A DNA stretch of 64,000 bases from an uncultured Pelagibacteraceae bacterium (GTDB taxonomy: Bacteria > Pseudomonadota > Alphaproteobacteria > Pelagibacterales > Pelagibacteraceae), in contig CACPDT010000001.1 in assembly GCA_902632665.1 (NCBI GenBank), positions 29,172 to 93,171 on the forward strand. The letters run 5' to 3'. The notes under the pieces are model-generated. The model was given only the letters and a program-made list of their open reading frames with translations, was not told the DNA's origin and searched no databases. Made by a program: the position numbers and the translations under genes. The first letter of the stretch is position 1. The number at the start of each line of letters is the position of its first letter. Shown here in pieces: positions 1 through 9,410 of the stretch.

Positions 1-1
1 A

Positions 2-349
2 ACTTGCTCTAAACTTCATCTTCCCGGATTTGTGGCAAATGCAGATAAAATCAAGGCAAAAGGAATAGAAAATATATTTTGTTTATCAGTAAATGATCCT
101 TATGTGATGAATGGTTGGGGAGAGGTTAATAGAACTGGAAATAAAATTAAAATGTTATCTGACCCATATTTATTATTTACGAAAGCAATTGGAGCAGAAG
201 TTGATCGTAATGCAAAAGGCATGGGAATTAGATCAAATCGTTATTTAATGGTCATTGAAAATTTCATAGTTGCTAATATTCATGTTGAAAAAGAAACTAA
301 AGAATGTGGTTTAACTTCAGCAGAGAACTTATTAAATAATCTAATCTAG
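2..349 (+). CDS. Peroxiredoxin (Prx5/redoxin family), 5'-truncated by window
   Basis: Frame is open from base 2: TCSKLHLPGF (Prx5 active-site motif), then SVNDPYVM and GIRSNRY. Confidence 0.85.
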   Translation, partial: TCSKLHLPGFVANADKIKAKGIENIFCLSVNDPYVMNGWGEVNRTGNKIKMLSDPYLLFTKAIGAEVDRNAKGMGIRSNRYLMVIENFIVANIHVEKETKECGLTSAENLLNNLI

Positions 350-380
350 GCAGGGCAGTTTTGTTACCAGGAGCTCTTAA

Positions 381-803
381 CTATAAGTTAGCAGCGTCTT
401 TAGCAAGTAAATCTACTTCATTATTTAATTCATCATTTGAATGAGCTTTTACCCAGTTCCAACTTATTTCAAATTCATTATTTAGTAGATCTAATTCCGT
501 CCAAAGTGCTTTATTGCTTACATCTTTTTTGTTTGCAGTTTTCCATCCATTTTTTTTCCAATTGTGTATCCACTCTGTTATTCCAGACTTAACATATTTA
601 GAGTCAGTAAAAATTTGAACTTTGCTTCCTTTTGGAATTTTTTTAAGCGCCTCTATAGGTGCTAATAATTCCATCTGATTATTTGTCGTATCTTTTTTAC
701 TTCCTTTAAGTTCGGTTTTTTCCCCGTCATTTAATATTATTGCTGCCCAACCACCATTACCTGGATTACCAAGACATGAACCATCGGTATAAATTTTAAT
801 CAT
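381..803 (-). CDS. rnhA: Ribonuclease HI
   Basis: IYTDGSCLGNPGNGGW, TTNNQMEL, WVKAH motifs. Confidence 0.97.
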   Translation of the reverse strand: MIKIYTDGSCLGNPGNGGWAAIILNDGEKTELKGSKKDTTNNQMELLAPIEALKKIPKGSKVQIFTDSKYVKSGITEWIHNWKKNGWKTANKKDVSNKALWTELDLLNNEFEISWNWVKAHSNDELNNEVDLLAKDAANL

Positions 804-1768
804 TAACCTAAATAATCCCTATAGTTTTTTAAATTATTGTGAATTATCAGTTTTTGATAATATTCTCTTGGATCCTTAATTTTTATCAAAGCAGTTTTTG
901 GAGTATTTGTGTAGTCGTAAAGTCTTGTAAGAAAATATCTCATCGCAGCAGCTCGGCATAAAATATTCAATGATTTTTTCTCGATAATAGAGAATTTTTT
1001 AATACCTTCATATCCTCCAATTAAATTCTTAACCTTTTTTTTATTTAATTTAAATTGTGATTTTTTCTTATCAAAACAAAGAGCGTTGATACATATTGCT
1101 ATTTCATACATAAAATAATCGTTTGCGGCAAAATAAAAATCAATAATTCCAGAGATCTTATTTTTTTTGAAAAATATATTATCTATAAAAAGATCACCGT
1201 GTATTATTCCATTTGGTAATTTTTTTGGCCATTTATTGTTAATTTCTCTAAAATTACTTTTGAGAAATTTTTCTAAATTAATGAATTTTTTTGATTTAAA
1301 TTTAATACTTTTTAATAATGGATTTAAATTCTTTATATTCATTGAGTTTTTTCTAAACAATTTTATTTTTTTCGAAGATGAGTGTATTTGAGCAACAGTT
1401 TTTCCAATATCATAACAATTCTTCAAACTAAGATTTTTCTTATCTTTTCCATCAAGAAATGAAACAACACAAGCGACCTTATTCTTTATTTTAAATAGAT
1501 ATTTTCCATCACGATTTTTAAGTGGTTTTGGACATCTTATCTTTAGATAATTTAGTTGATCCATTAGTCTCATAAAAAAAGGTATTTCTTTTTTTAATAC
1601 TCTTTTTTCAAAAATAGTGAGAATATATTTTTTATTTTTTGATTTGAGTAAATAATTTGTATTCTCAATACCCTGTTTGATTCCTTTGAAATATTGAAAA
1701 TTTTCAATATCAAATTTTTTATTTATAAAGGATAAATCCTTTTTATTAATCTTGGTATAGACGGCCAT
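803..1768 (-). CDS. thrB: Homoserine kinase type II
   Basis: MAVYT start, GIENTNY, IHGDLFIDN, IIDFYFA; ispH-thrB-rnhA synteny. Confidence 0.95.
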   Translation of the reverse strand: MAVYTKINKKDLSFINKKFDIENFQYFKGIKQGIENTNYLLKSKNKKYILTIFEKRVLKKEIPFFMRLMDQLNYLKIRCPKPLKNRDGKYLFKIKNKVACVVSFLDGKDKKNLSLKNCYDIGKTVAQIHSSSKKIKLFRKNSMNIKNLNPLLKSIKFKSKKFINLEKFLKSNFREINNKWPKKLPNGIIHGDLFIDNIFFKKNKISGIIDFYFAANDYFMYEIAICINALCFDKKKSQFKLNKKKVKNLIGGYEGIKKFSIIEKKSLNILCRAAAMRYFLTRLYDYTNTPKTALIKIKDPREYYQKLIIHNNLKNYRDYLG

Positions 1769-2713
1769 CTAATTTAATTTTTTAGGAACTTTGAAAACAA
1801 CATCTTCTTTAATTATTTCAACTTCATCTATGGAGACACTAAATTTCTTTTTCAGGTTCTCTATGAAGTTTTCTACAAGTATTTCAGGTGCAGAGGCCCC
1901 AGAGGAAATTCCAATAGTATTTGAATTTTCAATTAAATCATATGGTATTTCACTTTGAGAGTGAATAAGGTGAGCGTTAAGACAACCTGATTTTTTTGCA
2001 ACTTCTACAAGCCTTACTGAGTTTGAGGAATTTCTACTTCCTATTACAAAAAACATATCACAATTTTTCGCAATATTTTTTACAGCCATTTGTCTATTTG
2101 TTGTAGCGTAACAGATATCTTCCTTTTGTGGCTCACGAATACCAGGAAACCTTTCTTTTAGAACCGCAATTATATCTTTTGTGTCATCTACAGATAAAGT
2201 TGTTTGAGTAACAAATGCTAAATTTTTACCTTTTTCAAATTTATATTTTTTAGCTTCCTCCTCATTTTGAATTAAATCTATTGATCCTTCTGGTAATTGC
2301 CCCATTGTACCAATTACTTCAGGATGATTTTGATGTCCAATAAGAATTAAGTGATAACCCATCTTATAAAGATTTTCGGCTTCCCTATGAACTTTAGATA
2401 CTAATGGACAGGTAGCATCAACGTATGTCATCTTAAAATTTTCAGCTTCGGAGGGAACTTTTTTTGGAACGCCATGTGCAGAAAAAATTACAGGTCTTGT
2501 TTTATCTTTAATTTCCTCTAGTTCTTCGACAAATATGGCACCTTTTTTTTTTAAGTCATCAACAACAAATTTATTATGAACAATCTCGTGCCTTACATAA
2601 ACTGGAATGCCATATTTATGTATAGCTTTTTCTACAATTTCAATCGCCCTTTCAACGCCAGCACAAAAACCTCTTGGAGCAGATAATAGTATTTTAATTT
2701 CTTTGTTTTTCAT
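1769..2713 (-). CDS. ispH: 4-hydroxy-3-methylbut-2-enyl diphosphate reductase
   Basis: PRGFCAGVERA, DATCPLV, DICYATTNRQ, SSNS. Confidence 0.97.
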   Translation of the reverse strand: MKNKEIKILLSAPRGFCAGVERAIEIVEKAIHKYGIPVYVRHEIVHNKFVVDDLKKKGAIFVEELEEIKDKTRPVIFSAHGVPKKVPSEAENFKMTYVDATCPLVSKVHREAENLYKMGYHLILIGHQNHPEVIGTMGQLPEGSIDLIQNEEEAKKYKFEKGKNLAFVTQTTLSVDDTKDIIAVLKERFPGIREPQKEDICYATTNRQMAVKNIAKNCDMFFVIGSRNSSNSVRLVEVAKKSGCLNAHLIHSQSEIPYDLIENSNTIGISSGASAPEILVENFIENLKKKFSVSIDEVEIIKEDVVFKVPKKLN

Positions 2714-3638
2714 TTTTTTCAATTAAATATTCCAGCAATATATGCGGAAAAGTTAAAGACGCCAAACCTATAAAAATGACTTTAATAATTGAACTATTAA
2801 AATCAAATTTATAATTAAGCAAATATAGACATATTAAACAAAAAGAAGCAGTTAAAATAGTTAGTGGTAATGCTTTCTTTATAAAAATTTTCAAGCCGTT
2901 TTTAATATTATCACCATCTAATTCATCTATTAATGAAATGCTATGTCTTATTGAATGTAAAAAACAAAAATAGGCAGTAAACGCGACTAAAGGTGATAGA
3001 TAATAATTTAAAATCAAAATAGAAAAATAATCAAAAAAAATAGTTAAATTCTTAGAATTGAATTCTTTTATGAACAAAATAATACTTGCAATAGAACTGA
3101 TAATTATTCCCAATAGTATTAATTTGTTATTTTCTATATATCCCAAACTGGAGTAAAAATTTTCATTATCAACAAGTAATAATTTAAATAAAGATATGGT
3201 TTCGTCAAAATGGAAAAAAATAGGTGCTAAAATTATTAGACTTCCTTTTAAAAAATATAATATTTGAATTAAAAATGTTTCTTTAGTAATTAAAAATTGA
3301 GTATCTTCTTTTCCAAAATGGTATGAGGCAACAAATAAAAATATTATTAATGAAATAGAAGGAATTAAAATCCAAAAGATTATCACAATCGATGCTATTA
3401 ATATGTATGTAAAATAAAAAAGAGAAACATTATTTATTTTTAAAATTTTAAAAAGCTTCTCTCCTTTTAAGTGGTCCAAAGAGCCGTGTGATACGCCAAT
3501 AACCAAAATTAAAAATAAACACAATAGCGGTGATAGTGTAAAATTATTAAATTTAAATAGAATAAGAGAAAAAATATTACAAAATAAAAAAAAAATGAAA
3601 GAATGATTAAGATTAATTTTTTTTAAGTTAATATTCAT
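2694..3638 (-). CDS. blh: Beta-carotene 15,15'-dioxygenase (Brp/Blh)
   Basis: Multi-TM protein with GVSHGSLDH, YHFG, YFCFLHS, LTFPH His motifs; lies downstream of crtIBY. Confidence 0.93.
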   Translation of the reverse strand: MNINLKKINLNHSFIFFLFCNIFSLILFKFNNFTLSPLLCLFLILVIGVSHGSLDHLKGEKLFKILKINNVSLFYFTYILIASIVIIFWILIPSISLIIFLFVASYHFGKEDTQFLITKETFLIQILYFLKGSLIILAPIFFHFDETISLFKLLLVDNENFYSSLGYIENNKLILLGIIISSIASIILFIKEFNSKNLTIFFDYFSILILNYYLSPLVAFTAYFCFLHSIRHSISLIDELDGDNIKNGLKIFIKKALPLTILTASFCLICLYLLNYKFDFNSSIIKVIFIGLASLTFPHILLEYLIEKNEKQRN

Positions 3639-3644
3639 TAAAGT

Positions 3645-4712
3645 TTAGTAAAATAAAGCCTTGATAAAAATCCATTTTGGCATTTTTAAAATTATAGTCA
3701 AATCTTCAAGAAAATTACTCTTATTAGAGAGAAATTTGATAATTGTTTTTGGAGAACTTTGAAACATTTTAAAAAAAATTTCTGACATTCTTTGGGGATG
3801 TTTGTCAAGAACACGTAAAAATATTTCATCCAAAAATTGATATTTTTTATTAATTTCAAATCTTTTAGCATGTTGAATATTTTCAATATTTTTTCTAATA
3901 AATTTACTATGGTCTTGTATATTCAAAAAAGTATATCCAGTACTTAATCTTGTCATACCACCAGCAGTTCCAATATTAATTTTATTTTTTTCATTTTTAA
4001 ATGATGGATAAAAAAGTGGAATTGCACCTATTTCTTTATATGTAATTTTATAATTTTTTAAATTTAATTTCTTTTCGATATATTCTTTAATTTGTTGATC
4101 ATAATCTTTTTGAGAATCATCATTCATTTTTGAAAGCCAAGTACTTTCAATCAAAGCCTTTTTTTTCGAGAAGGGAAGTGTGTAAAAAAAATGGACACTT
4201 TCCCTTTGATCACAATCAAAATCCATAAGATTAAAAATGTTTTCATCGAAATAATTATTTTCTGTCTCTATTTCAATCCCACAAAAGTGTTGCCATAAAT
4301 TTGTAAAGTTTTTTTTGATAGAGGGAACACTATTAAATATAAATGAATTTTTGATGTTGATATCTTTAAGTTCCTTTAAGAAGAAGATATTTTTATTTTT
4401 CTTTAACGAATTATTTATTTTTTCATAAAACAAACTACTATCGATGCTTTGATATGGATAATTTTTACATTCAAGAAAATTAGTTTTATTTGGTACATTA
4501 ACTGAAAAATTTTTCCAATTTTTTATGACACAATCATCAAAATTATGTTCAGATACCTTCCAAAAAGACCAGGTCTTATCTCTTTTGTATTCATTTCGAG
4601 GCTCGATAATTGCTAAGGTTTTATCTTCCAATTTATTATGGATCTCTAATTCATAAGCTAGAGATAAACCAGCACAACCACCTCCGATAATTATATAATC
4701 AAATTCTTTCAT
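3645..4712 (-). CDS. crtY: Lycopene beta-cyclase
   Basis: GGGCAGLSLA FAD motif, DKTWSFW, LMDF, FFYTLPF, GTAGG..STGY. Confidence 0.9.
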   Translation of the reverse strand: MKEFDYIIIGGGCAGLSLAYELEIHNKLEDKTLAIIEPRNEYKRDKTWSFWKVSEHNFDDCVIKNWKNFSVNVPNKTNFLECKNYPYQSIDSSLFYEKINNSLKKNKNIFFLKELKDINIKNSFIFNSVPSIKKNFTNLWQHFCGIEIETENNYFDENIFNLMDFDCDQRESVHFFYTLPFSKKKALIESTWLSKMNDDSQKDYDQQIKEYIEKKLNLKNYKITYKEIGAIPLFYPSFKNEKNKINIGTAGGMTRLSTGYTFLNIQDHSKFIRKNIENIQHAKRFEINKKYQFLDEIFLRVLDKHPQRMSEIFFKMFQSSPKTIIKFLSNKSNFLEDLTIILKMPKWIFIKALFY

Positions 4713-5550
4713 CAAGATTAATTTCTTTACTAATCAATAAATGATCATGTTCGATTTGGTCATCATTTTTATTTAATAAAGAAAGTATAATTAGATCATA
4801 AATTGATAAAATCGTCTCCAAAACTTTTTCAAAGTTTGAAACGTAAATTTTTCCAGATTTACTATAATTTTCAAAGGTTTTCTTTTTCAAAATTTTATAT
4901 CCAATTTTTCTGTATATTCGTCTAGCAACCAAGATACTAAATCTAAAGGTTAGTGGAATTTCTCTTATAGAATAAAATGAATTTTTATAAAATTTATCTG
5001 CGAGTTTAATAATTGAATTAATTTCATCAAAATTTCCATTTATATAAGATCTATTTTTTTTTGAGTCCTCAATCACATCTCTTGATATATTAGTAAGTTG
5101 CATTGCTATACCAAGATCGATTGCAGATTTAAGGGATTGTTTTTTACTCACTTTTAAAATTTTTGCCATCATCAGCCCAACTGTTCCAGCTACTCTATAA
5201 CAATAGATTAAAAGATCTTTTCGAGTATCTATTTTTACATTTTGTTTAATGTCTGACTCTATCCCATCAAATAAATCATAAATTATTTCCAGAGAAATAT
5301 TGAATTGATTAATAATATTCCACATATTTTGAATAATAGGATCCTCAAAATTTTTTTGTTTAAAATCACTTACAAATTTTTGGAATTTTATTTTTTTTAT
5401 TTCTATTTCATCTTCGTCATCTGCAATATTGTCTACAACTCTGCAAAAATCGTATAAAAAAGAACAATTTTTATAGGTTCTTTTTGGTAAAAAAAAACCA
5501 GCCCAATTAAATGATTTTGCGTAAATAGACAAATAATTTTTAGAGGACAT
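4699..5550 (-). CDS. crtB: Phytoene synthase
   Basis: YDFCRVVDNIADD, YCYRVAGTVG, LGIAMQLTNISRDVIED. Confidence 0.95.
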   Translation of the reverse strand: MSSKNYLSIYAKSFNWAGFFLPKRTYKNCSFLYDFCRVVDNIADDEDEIEIKKIKFQKFVSDFKQKNFEDPIIQNMWNIINQFNISLEIIYDLFDGIESDIKQNVKIDTRKDLLIYCYRVAGTVGLMMAKILKVSKKQSLKSAIDLGIAMQLTNISRDVIEDSKKNRSYINGNFDEINSIIKLADKFYKNSFYSIREIPLTFRFSILVARRIYRKIGYKILKKKTFENYSKSGKIYVSNFEKVLETILSIYDLIILSLLNKNDDQIEHDHLLISKEINLDERI

Positions 5551-7013
5551 TATAAAATTTTATCTAAAACCTTTGCTGAGGAAAGTACTCCAGGTACACC
5601 TGCCCCAGGATGAGTGCCCGCACCAACAAAATATAAATTGTTATAAATTTCAGATTTGTTGTGAAATCTAAAGTAAGCAGATTGTGAGAATTTTGGTTGT
5701 ATAGAAAAACCAGAACCATATTTTGTATTGAGATCTTTTTCAAAATAGTCTGGTGTTAAATAAAAATCTTCGACAATATTTTCTTTTAGGTTTGGCATTA
5801 AATCTTTCTCCATTTTCTCTACCACTAAATTTTTCATCTTTTCACCTTCTAACGACCAATCAATTTTTGATTGGTTATTGGGAACAGGAACTAGAACATA
5901 GAAACAATCATGTCCATCTGGTGCCATGGATTTATCAGTGGCAGTGGGTCTATGTAGATAATAACTTATATCGTTGTTTAATTTTTTATTATTAAAAATG
6001 TCATCAAGGTGTTCTTTATATTTATTGCCAAATTTAATGGTATGATGTTCAACGTTATCGTAAATTTTCTTGGTTCCAAAATAATAAACAAATAAACCCA
6101 TTGAATATTCCATTCTATTTTTTTTCCATTTAAACATAAAAGAATTATTACTCTGGCCGTTTAACATTTTTTCATAAACACCTGGTGGATCTGCGTTACA
6201 AATAACTTTATTAGCGTCAATTTTTTTTGAGTTGTCCAATTGAACTCCAGTAATCTCATTTTGGTTTGAAATTATTCGAGTTACCTCAGATCCTTTTATT
6301 ACCTCGATATCTTCTTCGTTCATTAATTTTTCAAAACCACTTATGATATTTCCTGTTCCACCCATAGAATAGTGAATACCCCATTTTTTTTCTAAGTATA
6401 AAATCAATCCATATATGGATGTTGTGGTGAAGGGATTTCCACCAACTAAAAGAGGATGCATGCTCAACATTCTTCTTAATTTTTCATTTTTAATATAAGA
6501 TGATACCAGTGAATATACTGACTTATAACTTTTGAGTTTGAGCAATGAGGGTAATTGTTTCATCATCACTGAAGGCTTGTCAAAGGGTACGTCAGCTAGT
6601 TCTGTAAAACCTTTGTCAAAAATTTTTTTAGTGAAATTAACAAGTTTTTCATATCCTTGAGCATCCTCTTTATTAATAAGCTTAATTTGTCTTTTCATTT
6701 CACTTTCTTCACCAGAGTAATTGAACTTTGATTTATCCTCAAAAATGAATTGATACCAAACTTTAAGGGGTGTTAATTTAATATAATCATTTGGATTTTT
6801 TTGAAATAATTCAAACAATTCATTTATTAAGTATGGAGCTGTAATTACTGTTGGACCACCATCATAAATGAACCCATTCCTTTTAAAAACTCTTGCTCTA
6901 CCACCTAGGTCTTTGTGTTTTTCAATTAATGTAACATTGTGACCCTTAGCTTTAAGACGAAGAGCGGCCGCTATACCACCAAAACCAGAACCTATAACTA
7001 CAGAATTCATCAT
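5550..7013 (-). CDS. crtI: Phytoene desaturase
   Basis: VIGSGFGG, DGGPTVIT, VGAGTHPGAGVPGV. Confidence 0.96.
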   Translation of the reverse strand: MMNSVVIGSGFGGIAAALRLKAKGHNVTLIEKHKDLGGRARVFKRNGFIYDGGPTVITAPYLINELFELFQKNPNDYIKLTPLKVWYQFIFEDKSKFNYSGEESEMKRQIKLINKEDAQGYEKLVNFTKKIFDKGFTELADVPFDKPSVMMKQLPSLLKLKSYKSVYSLVSSYIKNEKLRRMLSMHPLLVGGNPFTTTSIYGLILYLEKKWGIHYSMGGTGNIISGFEKLMNEEDIEVIKGSEVTRIISNQNEITGVQLDNSKKIDANKVICNADPPGVYEKMLNGQSNNSFMFKWKKNRMEYSMGLFVYYFGTKKIYDNVEHHTIKFGNKYKEHLDDIFNNKKLNNDISYYLHRPTATDKSMAPDGHDCFYVLVPVPNNQSKIDWSLEGEKMKNLVVEKMEKDLMPNLKENIVEDFYLTPDYFEKDLNTKYGSGFSIQPKFSQSAYFRFHNKSEIYNNLYFVGAGTHPGAGVPGVLSSAKVLDKIL

Positions 7014-7050
7014 GATAACTTATATTTTTTTGGATAAATTGTAAAAAGTA

Positions 7051-7548
7051 TTATGAGTTAATTTTTTTTAACTCTTCTTTAGTTTCTTCTAAATTTTTCT
7101 GAAACAACGTATCCAGTTTTGATTTATCGATTGAGGTTGTTATTATTTTTTTTACAGAGTCTATAGCTATTTTAACAGAAACATCTTTAATCTCTTTAAT
7201 CGCCACTTCTCTCATTTGATTAATTTTATTTTTAGCCAAATTTTTCCTAATTTCTGAGGATTTATGAAATTTGTCATTAAGCTCGATGATTAATTTATCT
7301 GCATCTTTCTTTGCTTGATCAAGTATTTCTTTACTTTCAGATTGCGCTGTGTCTAATTTTTTTTGAGCATTATCTAATAATATCTTTGCTTCACCTCTTA
7401 GTTTCTCACTTTCATCAATCTCATTTTTTATGTCTGAGATTAGTTTATTAAGAATATTATTAATTTTTTGAGGTACTTTTAAATATATAAGACCCCCAAA
7501 AAATATTACAAAAGAGACCGCTACCCAAAAAGTTGAATCAATGACCAT
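7051..7548 (-). CDS. atpF: ATP synthase F0 subunit b
   Basis: N-terminal TM (FWVAVSFVIF) plus coiled coil; atp F0 operon. Confidence 0.92.
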   Translation of the reverse strand: MVIDSTFWVAVSFVIFFGGLIYLKVPQKINNILNKLISDIKNEIDESEKLRGEAKILLDNAQKKLDTAQSESKEILDQAKKDADKLIIELNDKFHKSSEIRKNLAKNKINQMREVAIKEIKDVSVKIAIDSVKKIITTSIDKSKLDTLFQKNLEETKEELKKINS

Positions 7549-8128
7549 AATATTTATCTCCATTTTTTTTTACTAGATCATCAACAATTGCAGAGATACT
7601 ACTATTATTAACTTCTGCTCCAATTAATTTTTTCAAAATTTCAGTAGATGTTACTACAGCAATTTTATTAATTTTTTCTGGAGCACTTTGTCTTAAAGTA
7701 TCTATTTCTACTTCAGCTTTTTTAATTTCATCATCAATTTGTTTATCTAAGATCTCTTTTTTAGAGTTAATATTTTTGATTACTTTTTCTCTGGCATCTT
7801 TAAAAATATTCTTTGCTTCAATTTTACTTTTAAGAACGATCCCATCAAATTCTTTAAGTTTAGCTTCACTACTTTCTCTTTGTTTTTCAGCTGCCTCAAT
7901 ATTTTCTTGGATTTGTGATTTTCTTAATTCTAGGTTTGCACTTATTTTTGGCAGTATAAGTTTAGATAAAACAATATACAAAACTCCAAAAGTGAATACG
8001 AGCCAGAAAATTTGTGAAATCCAAAACTCTGGATCTAATTGAGGCATTCCTCCACTCTCCGCTGCAAAAATCTTTTTTATAAAAAAGAAATTTGCAATTA
8101 ATGAGTATAAAAATAGTTTTTTAAACAT
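7538..8128 (-). CDS. ATP synthase F0 subunit b'
   Basis: GMPQLD...SQIFWL motif typical of alphaproteobacterial b'. Confidence 0.92.
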   Translation of the reverse strand: MFKKLFLYSLIANFFFIKKIFAAESGGMPQLDPEFWISQIFWLVFTFGVLYIVLSKLILPKISANLELRKSQIQENIEAAEKQRESSEAKLKEFDGIVLKSKIEAKNIFKDAREKVIKNINSKKEILDKQIDDEIKKAEVEIDTLRQSAPEKINKIAVVTSTEILKKLIGAEVNNSSISAIVDDLVKKNGDKYYGH

Positions 8129-8131
8129 TAA

Positions 8132-8359
8132 TTAAAACGCGAAAAGAATAATCAATGCAACAACTAGTCCAAATAGTCCTGTTGCTTCTGCAAGAGCAAA
8201 TCCTAAAAGCAAATTAGGAAATTGTTTTTGGGCTGCAGATGGATTTCTCATTGCACCAGATAAATAATTTCCAAAAATTATTCCGATACCTACTCCAGCT
8301 CCAGCTAAAGCTATAGCTGCAAGTCCTGCTCCAATCATTTTTGCTGCTTCTAATTCCAT
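8132..8359 (-). CDS. atpE: ATP synthase F0 subunit c
   Basis: GAGVGIG, RNP loop, ALAEA proton-carrying Glu. Confidence 0.98.
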   Translation of the reverse strand: MELEAAKMIGAGLAAIALAGAGVGIGIIFGNYLSGAMRNPSAAQKQFPNLLLGFALAEATGLFGLVVALIILFAF

Positions 8360-8376
8360 TATATCCTCCTTATAAG

Positions 8377-9111
8377 TTAATGGTGTAAATTTAATGCATC
8401 ATTTAAATAAATGCATGTTAAAATTGCAAAAACATAAGCTTGAAGAAAAGCAACTAGTATCTCCAAACCAGTTAAAGCAACTGAAAAACTCAGTGGAAGC
8501 CATCCACCAACAATTCCGAGGCTTACGACAAAGCCCCCGAAAACCTTCATCATAGTGTGTCCGGCCATCATGTTTGCAAACAATCTTACTGATAAGCTGA
8601 TAGGTCTACTTAAATATGAAATAATTTCAATGACCACAATTAATGGTAAAAGTACGATAGGAACGCCACTTGGAACAAATAGTTTTAAGTAACCAAAGCC
8701 ATGTTTTATAAAACCAATAACTGTAACTCCAATAAAAATAAAAGCTGCTAATATGAAAGTCACAATGATATGACTAGTTACTGTAAAAGTGTAGGGTATC
8801 ATGCCAAACATGTTGCAAAACAAAACAAACATAAATAATGAAAAGATAAATGAAAAATATGGTTTAGCTTTTGAACCAGCGGTATCGCTGATCATTTTTG
8901 AGACAAATGAATAGCTTAATTCAGCTAAGAGCTGTATCTTATTTGGAAGTATTGAATTTTTCTTTGAACCAAGGTTGAATATTATTAAAATCGCAAGAGA
9001 ACTTATGACCATGAATAAACTAGCGTTTGTAAAAGAAATATCAAAAGCGCCTACTTTTATTTCTGGACCAATTCTATAAACTTCGAATTGCGTCATTGGG
9101 TTAGCTGCCAT
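8377..9111 (-). CDS. atpB: ATP synthase F0 subunit a
   Basis: SLSVRLFANMMAGH, LQAYVF. Confidence 0.98.
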   Translation of the reverse strand: MAANPMTQFEVYRIGPEIKVGAFDISFTNASLFMVISSLAILIIFNLGSKKNSILPNKIQLLAELSYSFVSKMISDTAGSKAKPYFSFIFSLFMFVLFCNMFGMIPYTFTVTSHIIVTFILAAFIFIGVTVIGFIKHGFGYLKLFVPSGVPIVLLPLIVVIEIISYLSRPISLSVRLFANMMAGHTMMKVFGGFVVSLGIVGGWLPLSFSVALTGLEILVAFLQAYVFAILTCIYLNDALNLHH

Positions 9112-9121
9112 AAATCCTTAT

Positions 9122-9397
9122 CTATTTTTGCATTTTTTTTGCGGATTTAATTACATTAATTATTCCTGCAACTACCCCTACAAAAAAAAATATTAAAATT
9201 AACCAGGGTTTAGTACCAAAGGTCTTGTCCAAAAGAAACCCAATAATTGTCCCTACAGCGACTGCTGAAACTAGCTCGGTACTTAGCTTAAAAGCAGTGC
9301 CAATTGGAGATTGATTATCTTTTTTATTTTCTAGATCTCTTTTTGAAACCTTTTTTTTTGCAATCTCTAAGCGAGTTTTGAATGGATCTTTAGACAT
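9122..9397 (-). CDS. atpI: ATP synthase protein I (AtpZ/AtpI family)
   Basis: Two TM helices, G..LD..FGT.PW; first gene of the F0 operon. Confidence 0.88.
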   Translation of the reverse strand: MSKDPFKTRLEIAKKKVSKRDLENKKDNQSPIGTAFKLSTELVSAVAVGTIIGFLLDKTFGTKPWLILIFFFVGVVAGIINVIKSAKKMQK

Positions 9398-9410
9398 TTT
9401 AATTACTTAC

